Shown here: positions 37,687-46,728 of the stretch, one piece after another
Layout: each line of letters begins with the position of its first letter
How positions within the stretch are numbered: the first letter of the stretch is position 1
Origin: Bacteroidales bacterium
GTDB taxonomy: Bacteria > Bacteroidota > Bacteroidia > Bacteroidales > VadinHA17
DNA length: 64,000 bases
Direction: 5' to 3'
NCBI GenBank assembly: GCA_034003345.1
Contig: JAVEYS010000001.1
Coordinates: 70,513 to 134,512 of the forward strand
The notes under the pieces: generated by a model
What the model was told of the DNA's origin: nothing
What the model saw: the letters and a program-made list of their open reading frames with translations, nothing else
The model's database searches: none
Position numbers and translations under genes: made by a program

Positions 37687-38142
37687 TTATTCTGTTGATT
37701 ATGTCGGTTATAACTATTGCCTTTCCATTAATAACCTGTATCACGTGAAATTGTTGAAGAGAATAAGGGATTATTGGCGATATCTGGTATTGAAGTCTTC
37801 GTATGTCACTGCTTTCGGGAGTCAATGAAGCAAAAATGGTTAAATTTAACATCAGATAACTTTCAATAGTTATGCTTAATGAAATTTCTCCGTTCTCTTC
37901 ACCTCAGCTACCTGAGATGATCACTCCGGCAAAGATCATTGTAAGGTTTGCCCTCCATGAGAGGGCGAAAAATGCTTTTACTATACTCTTTACCGGAGAG
38001 ATCGTCAATGATTGTAATATAATTCTGGTAAAGGGAGTTACATGTTTCTGACTAAAGTTAATATTTAATTAAATATATTATGACAGAGGTCATAAAGCAA
38101 AGTAAAAGAACAGCATATACTCATTAAGTATACGAAAACATT

Positions 38143-41100
38143 ATGCAAGGAATGATAACGGTCACATATATATTAAGATATCACTTTATTTCTTTATCTG
38201 TACTGTTTTTATTCCTTCTTCCGGTGTTGGCGGGTCAGGGAGTCACTCAGTCATGGGATGACACGCTTAACAAGGGATGGCCTGAGGAATGCAGGGTGGT
38301 CGACATAAGATCATCAGCCGACGGTTCTTTTCAGAAGGCCTGGTTTTATTCTTCCATGTCACAGGAACCCGCTCCGCTTATTGTCTCACTGCACACATGG
38401 AGTGGCGACTATAATCAGCAGGACCCCCTTGTTGATGAGGTGATCAGGAGAGGCTGGAACTACATACACCCCGAATTCAGGGGCACAAATAACAGGCCCG
38501 AGGCGGGCGCATCAGCCCTCGTAATAAGTGATATAGGTGATGCAATTGAATTTGCATTAAGGAACTCATTGTCAGACCCCGAAGATGTGCATATTATCGG
38601 TGTATCGGGTGGGGGATATGCAACTCTGGCCGCCTACATGAAGCTTGATTATCCGGTAAGAAGCTTTAGTGCATGGGCCGCAATCTCCGACCTTAATAGC
38701 TGGTACAGCGAATGCAAATCCAGGAAGCTCCGGTATGCATCAGATATTGAGAAGATAACAACAGGAGGTTCGGGCTTTGATGCGGCAGAGGCACGCAACA
38801 GATCACCCCTTTTCATGGAATACAACCCAACTTTGAGAAGAGGGGCAACCCTGAGCCTTTTCGCAGGCATCAATGACGGTTATACAGGTTCAGTACCGAT
38901 AACTCACTCGATCGAGTTTTATAACAGGATAGCTGATCTACGGCATCCGGGCGCAGAAGAGCTGCATGTTCAGGACAGTATAGTGATAAACCTTCTTGCC
39001 AGGCGGTATGACCCGGCGGGGGATTACCCTCAGAAGATTGCGGGACGCAATGTCTATCTCTCTGCCGGAAACCGGGATGTGCATCTGGAAATTTTTGAGG
39101 GCGGTCATGAAATGCTGGTACCTCATGCCCTCTCGTTGCTTCCCGTAAAGGGGATGACCAGCAACCCATTCTATGAAGGTACTGTTCTGGTGATCGGTGA
39201 TTCGAATGCAGCCGGCACAGATTCCTGGCCGGCGTATCTGGACTTTATTCTTCCCTATGCAACTGTGGTCAATGCCTCCATCCCGGGGAATACCATAGGG
39301 TTTGACAACCTTGAGAAGCAGGAGCTTAACACCCTGCGTAATGCTGAAGAATATCTTGATGAATGCCTGAATGCCTCATCATGCGATACAGAGAGGGTTG
39401 TAATATTGATAGCTCTGGGCACCAATGATACAAAATATATTTTCCGGGACAGGCAGAGAGAGGTCCCGGCTAACCTGAGGATTCTGATTAACAAATTACG
39501 GGAGCGGTTACCTCGGGCAGAGATATTTGTTGTAGCACCACCTCCCATAGATGAAAAGAGGGATACCACAGGCAAGTACAGAGGAGGGGTCCGGCGTATA
39601 AAGCGGCTTGGTGGTGAATTTGAGAAGGTTTCCCGGGAGATGGGGACAAAACTCATTGACCTTTACGGGTTACTGGGGGACAATTTTAATGCAAGAACCT
39701 CCGATGGAGTCCATCTTAACCCTGCAACACGTTTTGAGGTGGCATCATATATTGCATCGCTTATTTCGCCGGCAGAGGAAGATTCCGGACAGGGTCAGGA
39801 TATTGCATCCCTGCATTTGCCTGACACGAATATCATAATTCCCCCGGCATGGGCTTTCGGGATACTCTACGGCGGCTACACAGACCAGAATGGTACCATT
39901 GAGCTTATTAAAGAGGTACAGGCTCATGATTATCCTATTGATGCATACTGGATAGATTCATGGTTCTGGAGTTATGCCGACAAAGGCGCCGGTCCGGCAG
40001 GTTACCTTGATTTTGCAGGTGACACTATCAGCTATCCTGATCGCGGGGCAATGTGGTCATGGATGGAAAGGAACAATATCAAGGGAGGATTCTGGATATG
40101 GGACTGCATTCTGGAGAGCGGAAATGAGAATGTCTTCCGCGAATTCCTTGACAGAGGCTTTTTTTCCGGTGTCTCTCTGAACAGGAATTCATGGCATAAC
40201 AAAGGCACCACAACGGCAATGTTCAGCGAGGAGAAAAAGCACCCCGGAACGTTGTGCGGCAATATTGATTTTGATAATCCTCAGACGGTAAGCTACTTCG
40301 GGCAGAAACTTAAACCTTTATTTCAGGAAGGGGCAGACTTTGTCAAGCTTGACCGTACTGACAGGATAAGCGTATGCCGGGCTATGTATGAATACACCGC
40401 CACAATGGGTCTTGAAACCTGCGGCCGGGGATTGATCCTCTCCCACAGCGGAGGTACGGACAGTGATGAATATAAGCGCTATCCGATGAAATGGACTGAT
40501 GATACGCGATCTGACTGGACCGTTGAGTCGCCTATGGTACGGTTTGATCCGTGGGTTCCGAAAGTGGCTCTGAAGGAGAATATTGCCATGTATACTAATC
40601 CTGCCGCCGCAACCAGTAAGATTCCTTTTCTTACCAACGATATGGGCGGCTTTGATATGGGTCATACTGACACACCTGATGAGGAACTATATATCAGGTG
40701 GATGCAATTTTCCATGTTCTGTCCTGTGACCGAGGTCTTTTCACAGCCAGAAAACCCTACTTCAAACCTGGCATGGAAATACTCGCCTTTTGCTGACAGC
40801 CTCTTCCGCGACTATTCTCACCGTCGGATGAGGCTCTTTCCTTATCTCTACTCGTACGCTCACCAGTCAAGACTGAACGGTACTGATATGGTACAGTCTT
40901 TGTCAGGACAGCTGTATGAATATATGCTCGGGAATGAGTTACTCATTGCTCCTGTTTACGAAAAGGGTGCTACAACAAGAACAGTCAATGCCCCTGCAGG
41001 TAACTGGATAGACTATTGGACCGGCGACAGGCTGGAGGGTGGCAGGGAGCATATTATCAATGCCCCGATAGGGGAGATACCGTTACTGGTCCGGGAAGGG

Positions 41101-41538
41101 GCGGTTATTCCTGAGCGTCCGTACGCCCCATCGATAGAACGGGGAAGCAATGATACGCTTATTCTGAATATCTATCCGGGGGCAGACGGTTCATTTACAC
41201 TGATCGAGGATGACGGTACGAGCACTGAATATCTGAAAGGAGGATATGCCACAACGAAAATTGAATCCAGACTTGACACCAATAGCCTGGATGTTATCAT
41301 TTACCCGGTTCAGGGTAACTTTGCGGGCATGACTGCGGCACGGAGCTGGTATCTTATAATTCATTCGGAACAAAAACCGACGGGCACCCTGGTCAACAAT
41401 ATTTACAGGCTATTTGAATATGAGCCCCTGCAGAAAGAGACAAGAATTGCAGCCGGTAAGTATCCTAAGGGGAATAAAACCGTGGTCAGGGTTATCTTTG
41501 ACGGAACCCTGTCCACTGTTCAGAGAGAATTAAATTAA
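38143..41538 (+). CDS. Secreted tri-domain enzyme: alpha/beta-hydrolase esterase, SGNH/GDSL hydrolase and GH31 alpha-glycosidase
   Basis: Signal-like N-terminus. Residues ~40-335 form an alpha/beta hydrolase (HIIGVSGGGYATL nucleophile elbow). Residues ~345-545 form an SGNH domain (block I VLVIGDSNAAG, block III LGTNDT, block V SDGVHLN). Residues ~565-1131 form GH31 (YPIDAYWIDSWFW; nucleophile region GADFVKLDRTD resembling the YicI-type 'KTDFGE' motif as I recall it; NDMGGFD). Confidence 0.8.
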   Translation: MQGMITVTYILRYHFISLSVLFLFLLPVLAGQGVTQSWDDTLNKGWPEECRVVDIRSSADGSFQKAWFYSSMSQEPAPLIVSLHTWSGDYNQQDPLVDEVIRRGWNYIHPEFRGTNNRPEAGASALVISDIGDAIEFALRNSLSDPEDVHIIGVSGGGYATLAAYMKLDYPVRSFSAWAAISDLNSWYSECKSRKLRYASDIEKITTGGSGFDAAEARNRSPLFMEYNPTLRRGATLSLFAGINDGYTGSVPITHSIEFYNRIADLRHPGAEELHVQDSIVINLLARRYDPAGDYPQKIAGRNVYLSAGNRDVHLEIFEGGHEMLVPHALSLLPVKGMTSNPFYEGTVLVIGDSNAAGTDSWPAYLDFILPYATVVNASIPGNTIGFDNLEKQELNTLRNAEEYLDECLNASSCDTERVVILIALGTNDTKYIFRDRQREVPANLRILINKLRERLPRAEIFVVAPPPIDEKRDTTGKYRGGVRRIKRLGGEFEKVSREMGTKLIDLYGLLGDNFNARTSDGVHLNPATRFEVASYIASLISPAEEDSGQGQDIASLHLPDTNIIIPPAWAFGILYGGYTDQNGTIELIKEVQAHDYPIDAYWIDSWFWSYADKGAGPAGYLDFAGDTISYPDRGAMWSWMERNNIKGGFWIWDCILESGNENVFREFLDRGFFSGVSLNRNSWHNKGTTTAMFSEEKKHPGTLCGNIDFDNPQTVSYFGQKLKPLFQEGADFVKLDRTDRISVCRAMYEYTATMGLETCGRGLILSHSGGTDSDEYKRYPMKWTDDTRSDWTVESPMVRFDPWVPKVALKENIAMYTNPAAATSKIPFLTNDMGGFDMGHTDTPDEELYIRWMQFSMFCPVTEVFSQPENPTSNLAWKYSPFADSLFRDYSHRRMRLFPYLYSYAHQSRLNGTDMVQSLSGQLYEYMLGNELLIAPVYEKGATTRTVNAPAGNWIDYWTGDRLEGGREHIINAPIGEIPLLVREGAVIPERPYAPSIERGSNDTLILNIYPGADGSFTLIEDDGTSTEYLKGGYATTKIESRLDTNSLDVIIYPVQGNFAGMTAARSWYLIIHSEQKPTGTLVNNIYRLFEYEPLQKETRIAAGKYPKGNKTVVRVIFDGTLSTVQRELN

Positions 41539-41558
41539 TACTATAAATAATCAGAGCA

Positions 41559-43277
41559 ATGAAAAAATACAACTCTTTAATCCGCATTATCCTGATGGCT
41601 CTACTGATGATTTCATGCTGTATTGGTACCACTGATGCACAGCGTCTTAAGCCGGGACCACAGGATCTCTCCTTCTTCTCTAATGTTGACGATACAGATC
41701 AGCCATATTCAGTATATATCCCTGATAATTTTGATGAGACAAAGAGATATCCTCTCGTTGTTTTTCTTCATGGAGCCTGGTCAAACCATCGCCTGGGACT
41801 AAGGAGGCTCTTTGGTGTTGGTAACAGCCAGGGATACGATTTTATCAAGCCCGGCAACGTGCCTTATGAAACGGATGTAGAGTCCACCAGATACTGGCCA
41901 CCCTTCAGGCCTGTTGATTATATTGCGGCAACGCCCCTGGCACGTGGTACCGCTGGCTACCAGGGCGTTCCAGAACAGGATGTATATGATATGATTGATG
42001 ATCTTAAAGCCAGGTTTCTCATTGATGAAGACAGGGTCTATCTGACAGGTCTTTCGATGGGTGGTGGAGGCACGCTCTGGCTGGGTCTTACCAGGCCGGA
42101 TATATGGGCAGCTATAGCTCCTGTCTGCCCGGCACCGCCGCAGGGTACTATTGAGCTTGCAGGCAATGCCCGCAATCTGCCGGTTCATCTATTTATTGGC
42201 GACAAGGATCTCCTGTACAAAACTGCCGCAGAGTGGAAAGAGGCATTTGAAACAGATGCACAAAGACTTGATTATGTTGAATATCCGGGTGTTGGTCATA
42301 ACAGCTGGGAATGGGCCTATAAGGACGGGTTCATCTTTGACTGGTTCTCGCAGTTCAGGAGGGATCGTTACCCCATGCATGTGCAGTTCACCACCAGGTG
42401 GTTCAGATATAACAGGGCTTACTGGGTTACCATTGATGATTTAGTGCCGGGAGAAAAGGCAACAATAGATGCGAAGTTCACCGGCAACAATAGCATTGAG
42501 GTGGTCTCGTCAGGTCTGGATGCATTCACTCTCACCCTCGAAGATCATCCTCAGTTCACCCCCGGGAAAAAGATCTCAGTCATAGTAGATGGGAGAAATT
42601 TCAGTGTTAAGAGTGCAGATGCTCTGTCATTTATGAAATCGGGTGGTAAATGGGAGAATACCCGGTTCACCCCCGGACTTACATCAAAGCAGAAGGGAGC
42701 CGAAGGTCCTCTTTACGCTGCGGTGACCGGCAGTCATGTATATGTTTACGGAACGGCTGACAATCCTTCGGCCGAGGTGCTCGCAGCAAGGAAGGCCCAG
42801 GCGCTATCCGCCGCTGACTGGAACGGTATGGGAGGAAGGATCATGGTCTTCCCACGGGTGATAGCTGACAAAGCGATCAGACAGAGCGATTATATTACCT
42901 CAAACCTCATCCTTTTCGGAACACGGGAAACAAATGCGGTGATTGAAAAATTTGCCGACAGGCTTCCGGTCCATCTGGATTCGAAGGCTGAGGACTATGG
43001 CCTTGTCTATATCTTCCCCATGAGCAGACGGTACATAGTTGTCAATTCGGGTCTTCCCTGGTGGACCCCGCCGAAAGAAGCAAAGAGCCATGCAGGCTAT
43101 GCCTTCAGCGGAACGAAGATTGAAATACTTAAGAACTGGGGTGACTTTATCCTCTTCAGGAAAACGCCGGATGATGTTATAATTCAGGGTGTTTTTGACA
43201 ATAACTGGAAACTGTCGTCCGATGCTGCCCGGGAGTTGAAAGAATCAGGTGTGGTATCTGTGAAGGGAATGGACTAA
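41559..43277 (+). CDS. Secreted alpha/beta-hydrolase esterase (CE1/PHB-depolymerase-like) with a C-terminal extra domain
   Basis: Signal/lipobox-like N-terminus (LLMISCC), then LVVFLHGAWSNH, the nucleophile elbow YLTGLSMGGGGT and GVGHNSWEW. Starts 20 nt after the GH31 fusion gene. Confidence 0.75.
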   Translation: MKKYNSLIRIILMALLMISCCIGTTDAQRLKPGPQDLSFFSNVDDTDQPYSVYIPDNFDETKRYPLVVFLHGAWSNHRLGLRRLFGVGNSQGYDFIKPGNVPYETDVESTRYWPPFRPVDYIAATPLARGTAGYQGVPEQDVYDMIDDLKARFLIDEDRVYLTGLSMGGGGTLWLGLTRPDIWAAIAPVCPAPPQGTIELAGNARNLPVHLFIGDKDLLYKTAAEWKEAFETDAQRLDYVEYPGVGHNSWEWAYKDGFIFDWFSQFRRDRYPMHVQFTTRWFRYNRAYWVTIDDLVPGEKATIDAKFTGNNSIEVVSSGLDAFTLTLEDHPQFTPGKKISVIVDGRNFSVKSADALSFMKSGGKWENTRFTPGLTSKQKGAEGPLYAAVTGSHVYVYGTADNPSAEVLAARKAQALSAADWNGMGGRIMVFPRVIADKAIRQSDYITSNLILFGTRETNAVIEKFADRLPVHLDSKAEDYGLVYIFPMSRRYIVVNSGLPWWTPPKEAKSHAGYAFSGTKIEILKNWGDFILFRKTPDDVIIQGVFDNNWKLSSDAARELKESGVVSVKGMD

Positions 43278-43409
43278 TCCAATACTACTGTCGGGCTTTC
43301 CCTGAAGGTTGTGAACAACAATCCGGGAATAAGAGGGAACGGTGGCGGGACCGGAAGCTATTTTTTCGCTGCGGAAAAATTGATTATTATTGCGCCGAAA
43401 ATATGAGCA

Positions 43410-44021
43410 ATGAGAAATATAACAAGTGTTGTTTTTGATATAGGAGGAGTACTCATAGACTGGAATCCCAGGTATCTTTTCAGTAAGGTTTTTGACAGTG
43501 AGGAGGAGATGGAGTGGTTCCTGTCAAATATTTGTACATATGAATGGAATGTTCAACAGGACGGAGGTAAGCTGTTCAGCGTTGCCACGGCTGAGCTATC
43601 GGCACAGTACCCTGAATACAGTGATAAAATTGCCCTCTATTATGGCCGCTGGGAGGAGATGCTTGGTGGTGAGATAAAGGAGACCGTTAAAATATTTTAT
43701 GAGCTTAAAAAGGCGGGAATGCCACTCTATGCACTTTCAAACTGGTCGCACGAAGCATTCCCGATGGCATATGAACGGTACGCATTCATGAAGGAGTTTG
43801 ACGGACTTGTGGTTTCGGGATATGAGAAGCTTCTCAAGCCTGGTCATGAAATTTACAGGGTACTGATTGACCGGTATGAAATCAACCCGGCCGAATCAGT
43901 ATATATCGACGACAATAAGGACAACGCCTTTGCTGCAGGGGAGCTGGGATTCAATGCAATTCATTTTCTGTCAGCTGATCAGCTGAGGGTCGGCCTGAGG
44001 GCACTGGGCCTCAAAGTATAA
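43410..44021 (+). CDS. HAD-superfamily hydrolase (subfamily IA)
   Basis: N-terminal motif VVFDIGGVLIDW, a K...P motif and 'VYIDDNKDN' (motif IV). 203 aa. Confidence 0.8.
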   Translation: MRNITSVVFDIGGVLIDWNPRYLFSKVFDSEEEMEWFLSNICTYEWNVQQDGGKLFSVATAELSAQYPEYSDKIALYYGRWEEMLGGEIKETVKIFYELKKAGMPLYALSNWSHEAFPMAYERYAFMKEFDGLVVSGYEKLLKPGHEIYRVLIDRYEINPAESVYIDDNKDNAFAAGELGFNAIHFLSADQLRVGLRALGLKV

Positions 44022-44193
44022 AAATGAAGGACAAGATACTATGCTTCAGTCACAGGCTTAAGATACTTTAACCCAACGTAGCGAAAATGAGTTTATAGTG
44101 AAAGGTTTCAGCTTCCATATTATAAAGTAATCCGTTTTCTGATTGCGACAGGACTGAGATTTCTCAGTATATTTGGATATACAACTTACAGGG

Positions 44194-44961
44194 ATGAGGC
44201 ATTATAAGCGTCAAGGTAATTCCGACTATCAGAGATCGGTTGTATCAGTTCTCATAAGTTTCAAGACATCCCTGCTTACCATATTGCTGATACTTGCCAC
44301 ATGCGGGGTTATCCGTTCGCAGGAGCCGGTGGTGGTGACAACTGTTAATCGCCCGGTCCAAACAGTTAAAAAGGACACAGTGCCTCCGCCAAAGGTAAGC
44401 AAGGTAGTCACGGTGAAGGATACAACCCGGAATACCAGGGGGCAGTCCAACAGCTATTTGGACCACATTATCCTGAAATCCAATTCTGTAATCTCATACG
44501 ACAGGACATCGATCGGACTTGGTCTCGGCCAGGATTACGGAGGAGTCGGAGGCAACATTCTGATATACCCCGGGAAAAACTTCGGAATGTTTTTCGGCCT
44601 TGGGTACAACTTCGCGGGGGTAGGATACAGCCTGGGACTGAAATCCAGGATTGTCCTCGGGACGAGCAATAATCACATAGCTCTGTCTGCCCTTGTCATG
44701 TACGGTTATAACGCCGTCATCATCGTGGAAAACAGTAAAGACCTTTCAAAGGTTTTCCATGGTTTTACCGTTGGAGCGGGCATTGACATAAGGCCATGGA
44801 CGTCCAGTGATGATTACATCTCCCTTGGATTGAATATTCCGTTTAGAAGCGTTGAGGTTCAGGAATACATTGATAATCTGAAGAATTCATATAATGTGGA
44901 ATTTGAGCATGATCTGCTGCCTGTTACTTTTTCTGTCGGATACAGAATAACTGTAAATTAG
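44194..44961 (+). CDS. Hypothetical exported protein, possibly a small outer-membrane beta-barrel
   Basis: ATG 44194 is preferred over the track's TTG 44173. Has a hydrophobic signal-anchor (LLTILLILATCG), a Pro/Val/Thr-rich linker and a Gly/aromatic-rich C-terminal half with alternating strand patterns. Confidence 0.45.
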   Translation: MRHYKRQGNSDYQRSVVSVLISFKTSLLTILLILATCGVIRSQEPVVVTTVNRPVQTVKKDTVPPPKVSKVVTVKDTTRNTRGQSNSYLDHIILKSNSVISYDRTSIGLGLGQDYGGVGGNILIYPGKNFGMFFGLGYNFAGVGYSLGLKSRIVLGTSNNHIALSALVMYGYNAVIIVENSKDLSKVFHGFTVGAGIDIRPWTSSDDYISLGLNIPFRSVEVQEYIDNLKNSYNVEFEHDLLPVTFSVGYRITVN

Positions 44962-45019
44962 ACTCATTCAGGAGAACCGGCCACTCCGGCTCCGGGAATA
45001 ACAAATAATAATCTGAACC

Positions 45020-45442
45020 ATGGATAAGCCTTCACTCAACGACCCGGCTGTGCCTCCTTCCCCGGAGGTCCTTCAGAATGTACTTGGAATGGGTTTTCCG
45101 GTATATGAAAAGACGATGGCGGTCATTACCGCAAATCCATACGGACTGGTGCCGGAATGGAGATACTACAATGACGGGAAGGCCTGGCTTTGCAAGGTGG
45201 TCTTTAAAAAGAAGACGATATTCTGGTTATCAGTTTGGGATGGCTTCTTTAAGACGGGATTCTACTTTGTGGAAAGACATTGTCCGGGGATCCATGAGCT
45301 GGAGATTGACGAGAGCATCAAACAGAACCTGAGATTGGCCAAACCGTCCGGGACACTGTATCCCGTAGGGCTTGTCCTTAACCGGGAGGAGCAGATTCCA
45401 GATCTTCTGAAGATCATTGAATATAAGAAAAATCTGAAATAA
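45020..45442 (+). CDS. DUF3788-like small cytoplasmic protein
   Basis: 140-aa ORF with 'YGLVPEWRYYNDGKAWLCKVVFKKKTIFWLSVWDGFFKTGFYF', a pattern I recognise as DUF3788-type. No catalytic motif. Confidence 0.5.
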   Translation: MDKPSLNDPAVPPSPEVLQNVLGMGFPVYEKTMAVITANPYGLVPEWRYYNDGKAWLCKVVFKKKTIFWLSVWDGFFKTGFYFVERHCPGIHELEIDESIKQNLRLAKPSGTLYPVGLVLNREEQIPDLLKIIEYKKNLK

Positions 45443-45513
45443 GCCCTGGATTATGACCGCGTATCTTACGGCCGGCTTTCTAAAAGGCTGACACCCTGGA
45501 GGCGTCTCCATAG

Positions 45514-46548
45514 TCAGTCATTATTGATAATAGCCTTCAGCCCAAGGTAAACAGAGGGCAGGCCGGTACCGAAGGCGGTTTCAAATACCGTCATTGCTGC
45601 TCCGAGGGCCGTCGGATTTTCAATCCGGCTGGCAAATACTCTCTTATCAGGAAGCCGTGCGGCCAGAATGCGTACAAAAGTGTCGTTCCAGGCAAAGCCG
45701 CCGGTAACATAGACGATTTCCGTGCAGTCATTGGCAGCTATGATCTGCCTGTATGATTCCAGGCAGACATCAACCAGGTCATATACCATCTGGTGATAGG
45801 CGTCAGCATAGGTCAGAAAACGAGAAAGGTCAGCCTCATTGTCAACGTATCCGGGAGGTATTCCTTTCCTGAAGAATATCCTTCCAGGCCCACCGGCCAT
45901 GAGCCTTCCTATCTTATTACTCCTGATCCTGATAGTCTTATAAAGCTCACCGGTGACTCCGAAACGGTCATCCAGCCTGGCCACGTTCGAGTCATGAATG
46001 ATGCCCAGGAGCAGTTGTGATGATTTTATCTCCTGACCGTTGACATTTATAAGGCTGACACGGCCATTTTGCTGCTGTTCGTCGCTGAGAGGTTCATCAT
46101 TGAAAGGATTAATGAATTTGCACCAGGCCCCGGTTGAGACAAGTATGAACGGCCTGTCAGTCCCTTTTATGTAAGGAACAAGTGAGGCTGTTGTTTCATC
46201 TGTCCCACCACCGGCGGAAAATCTAAAACCATTGTCTTCGTAAAAAATTATTTCATTATCGTGCTCACGCAGGCTTTCAAGAGTATCCCTGGCGGAGGTA
46301 GCATTAAGCATCGTGATACTGTAGCGTCCCTCTCTGACCGTCATCAGGAGGCATGAATGCATCCATCTCCTGATCTCCGCAATATCTTCACACTGCTGCC
46401 CGTCATTGTTGCGGATCTCTTCGAAAATCCTTTCATCAGTGTGCACCAGGTTAAGCCAGGAGTCAAACAGGTAAAATCTCTTGTTGATCTTTCCTATATC
46501 AAAAACTGCAATAACATTATTATTTTGCTGACTCATATCCATTGGCAT
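45514..46548 (-). CDS. FGGY/ASKHA-fold carbohydrate-kinase-like protein (short)
   Basis: N-terminal phosphate-1-like segment 'VIAVFDIGKINKRFYLFD' and a C-terminal FGGY_C-like segment 'EIVYVTGGFAWNDTFVRILAARL...NPTALGAAMTVFE'. Only 344 aa. Confidence 0.5.
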   Translation of the reverse strand: MPMDMSQQNNNVIAVFDIGKINKRFYLFDSWLNLVHTDERIFEEIRNNDGQQCEDIAEIRRWMHSCLLMTVREGRYSITMLNATSARDTLESLREHDNEIIFYEDNGFRFSAGGGTDETTASLVPYIKGTDRPFILVSTGAWCKFINPFNDEPLSDEQQQNGRVSLINVNGQEIKSSQLLLGIIHDSNVARLDDRFGVTGELYKTIRIRSNKIGRLMAGGPGRIFFRKGIPPGYVDNEADLSRFLTYADAYHQMVYDLVDVCLESYRQIIAANDCTEIVYVTGGFAWNDTFVRILAARLPDKRVFASRIENPTALGAAMTVFETAFGTGLPSVYLGLKAIINND

Positions 46549-46728
46549 TCTTTTGCCAAAGATAGCATCAGGTAAGGCATATAAGTATTACCTGGTATAT
46601 GATTTTATACAGTAAACCCCTTCTGGCATCATACTGCATAAGATCATTTGGCCGTTTTCATAAAAATGTTATTTTTATTCCCAGACTTTACTGTCGTTTC
46701 CCTCAATGTAAAACATAAAGACACTTTC

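Noticed and set aside
36710-38142. tRNA-Arg(CCT) as an island integration site
   Set aside because: I found no direct repeat of the tRNA 3' end downstream and no integrase or mobility gene. The next gene is an ordinary aldo/keto reductase.
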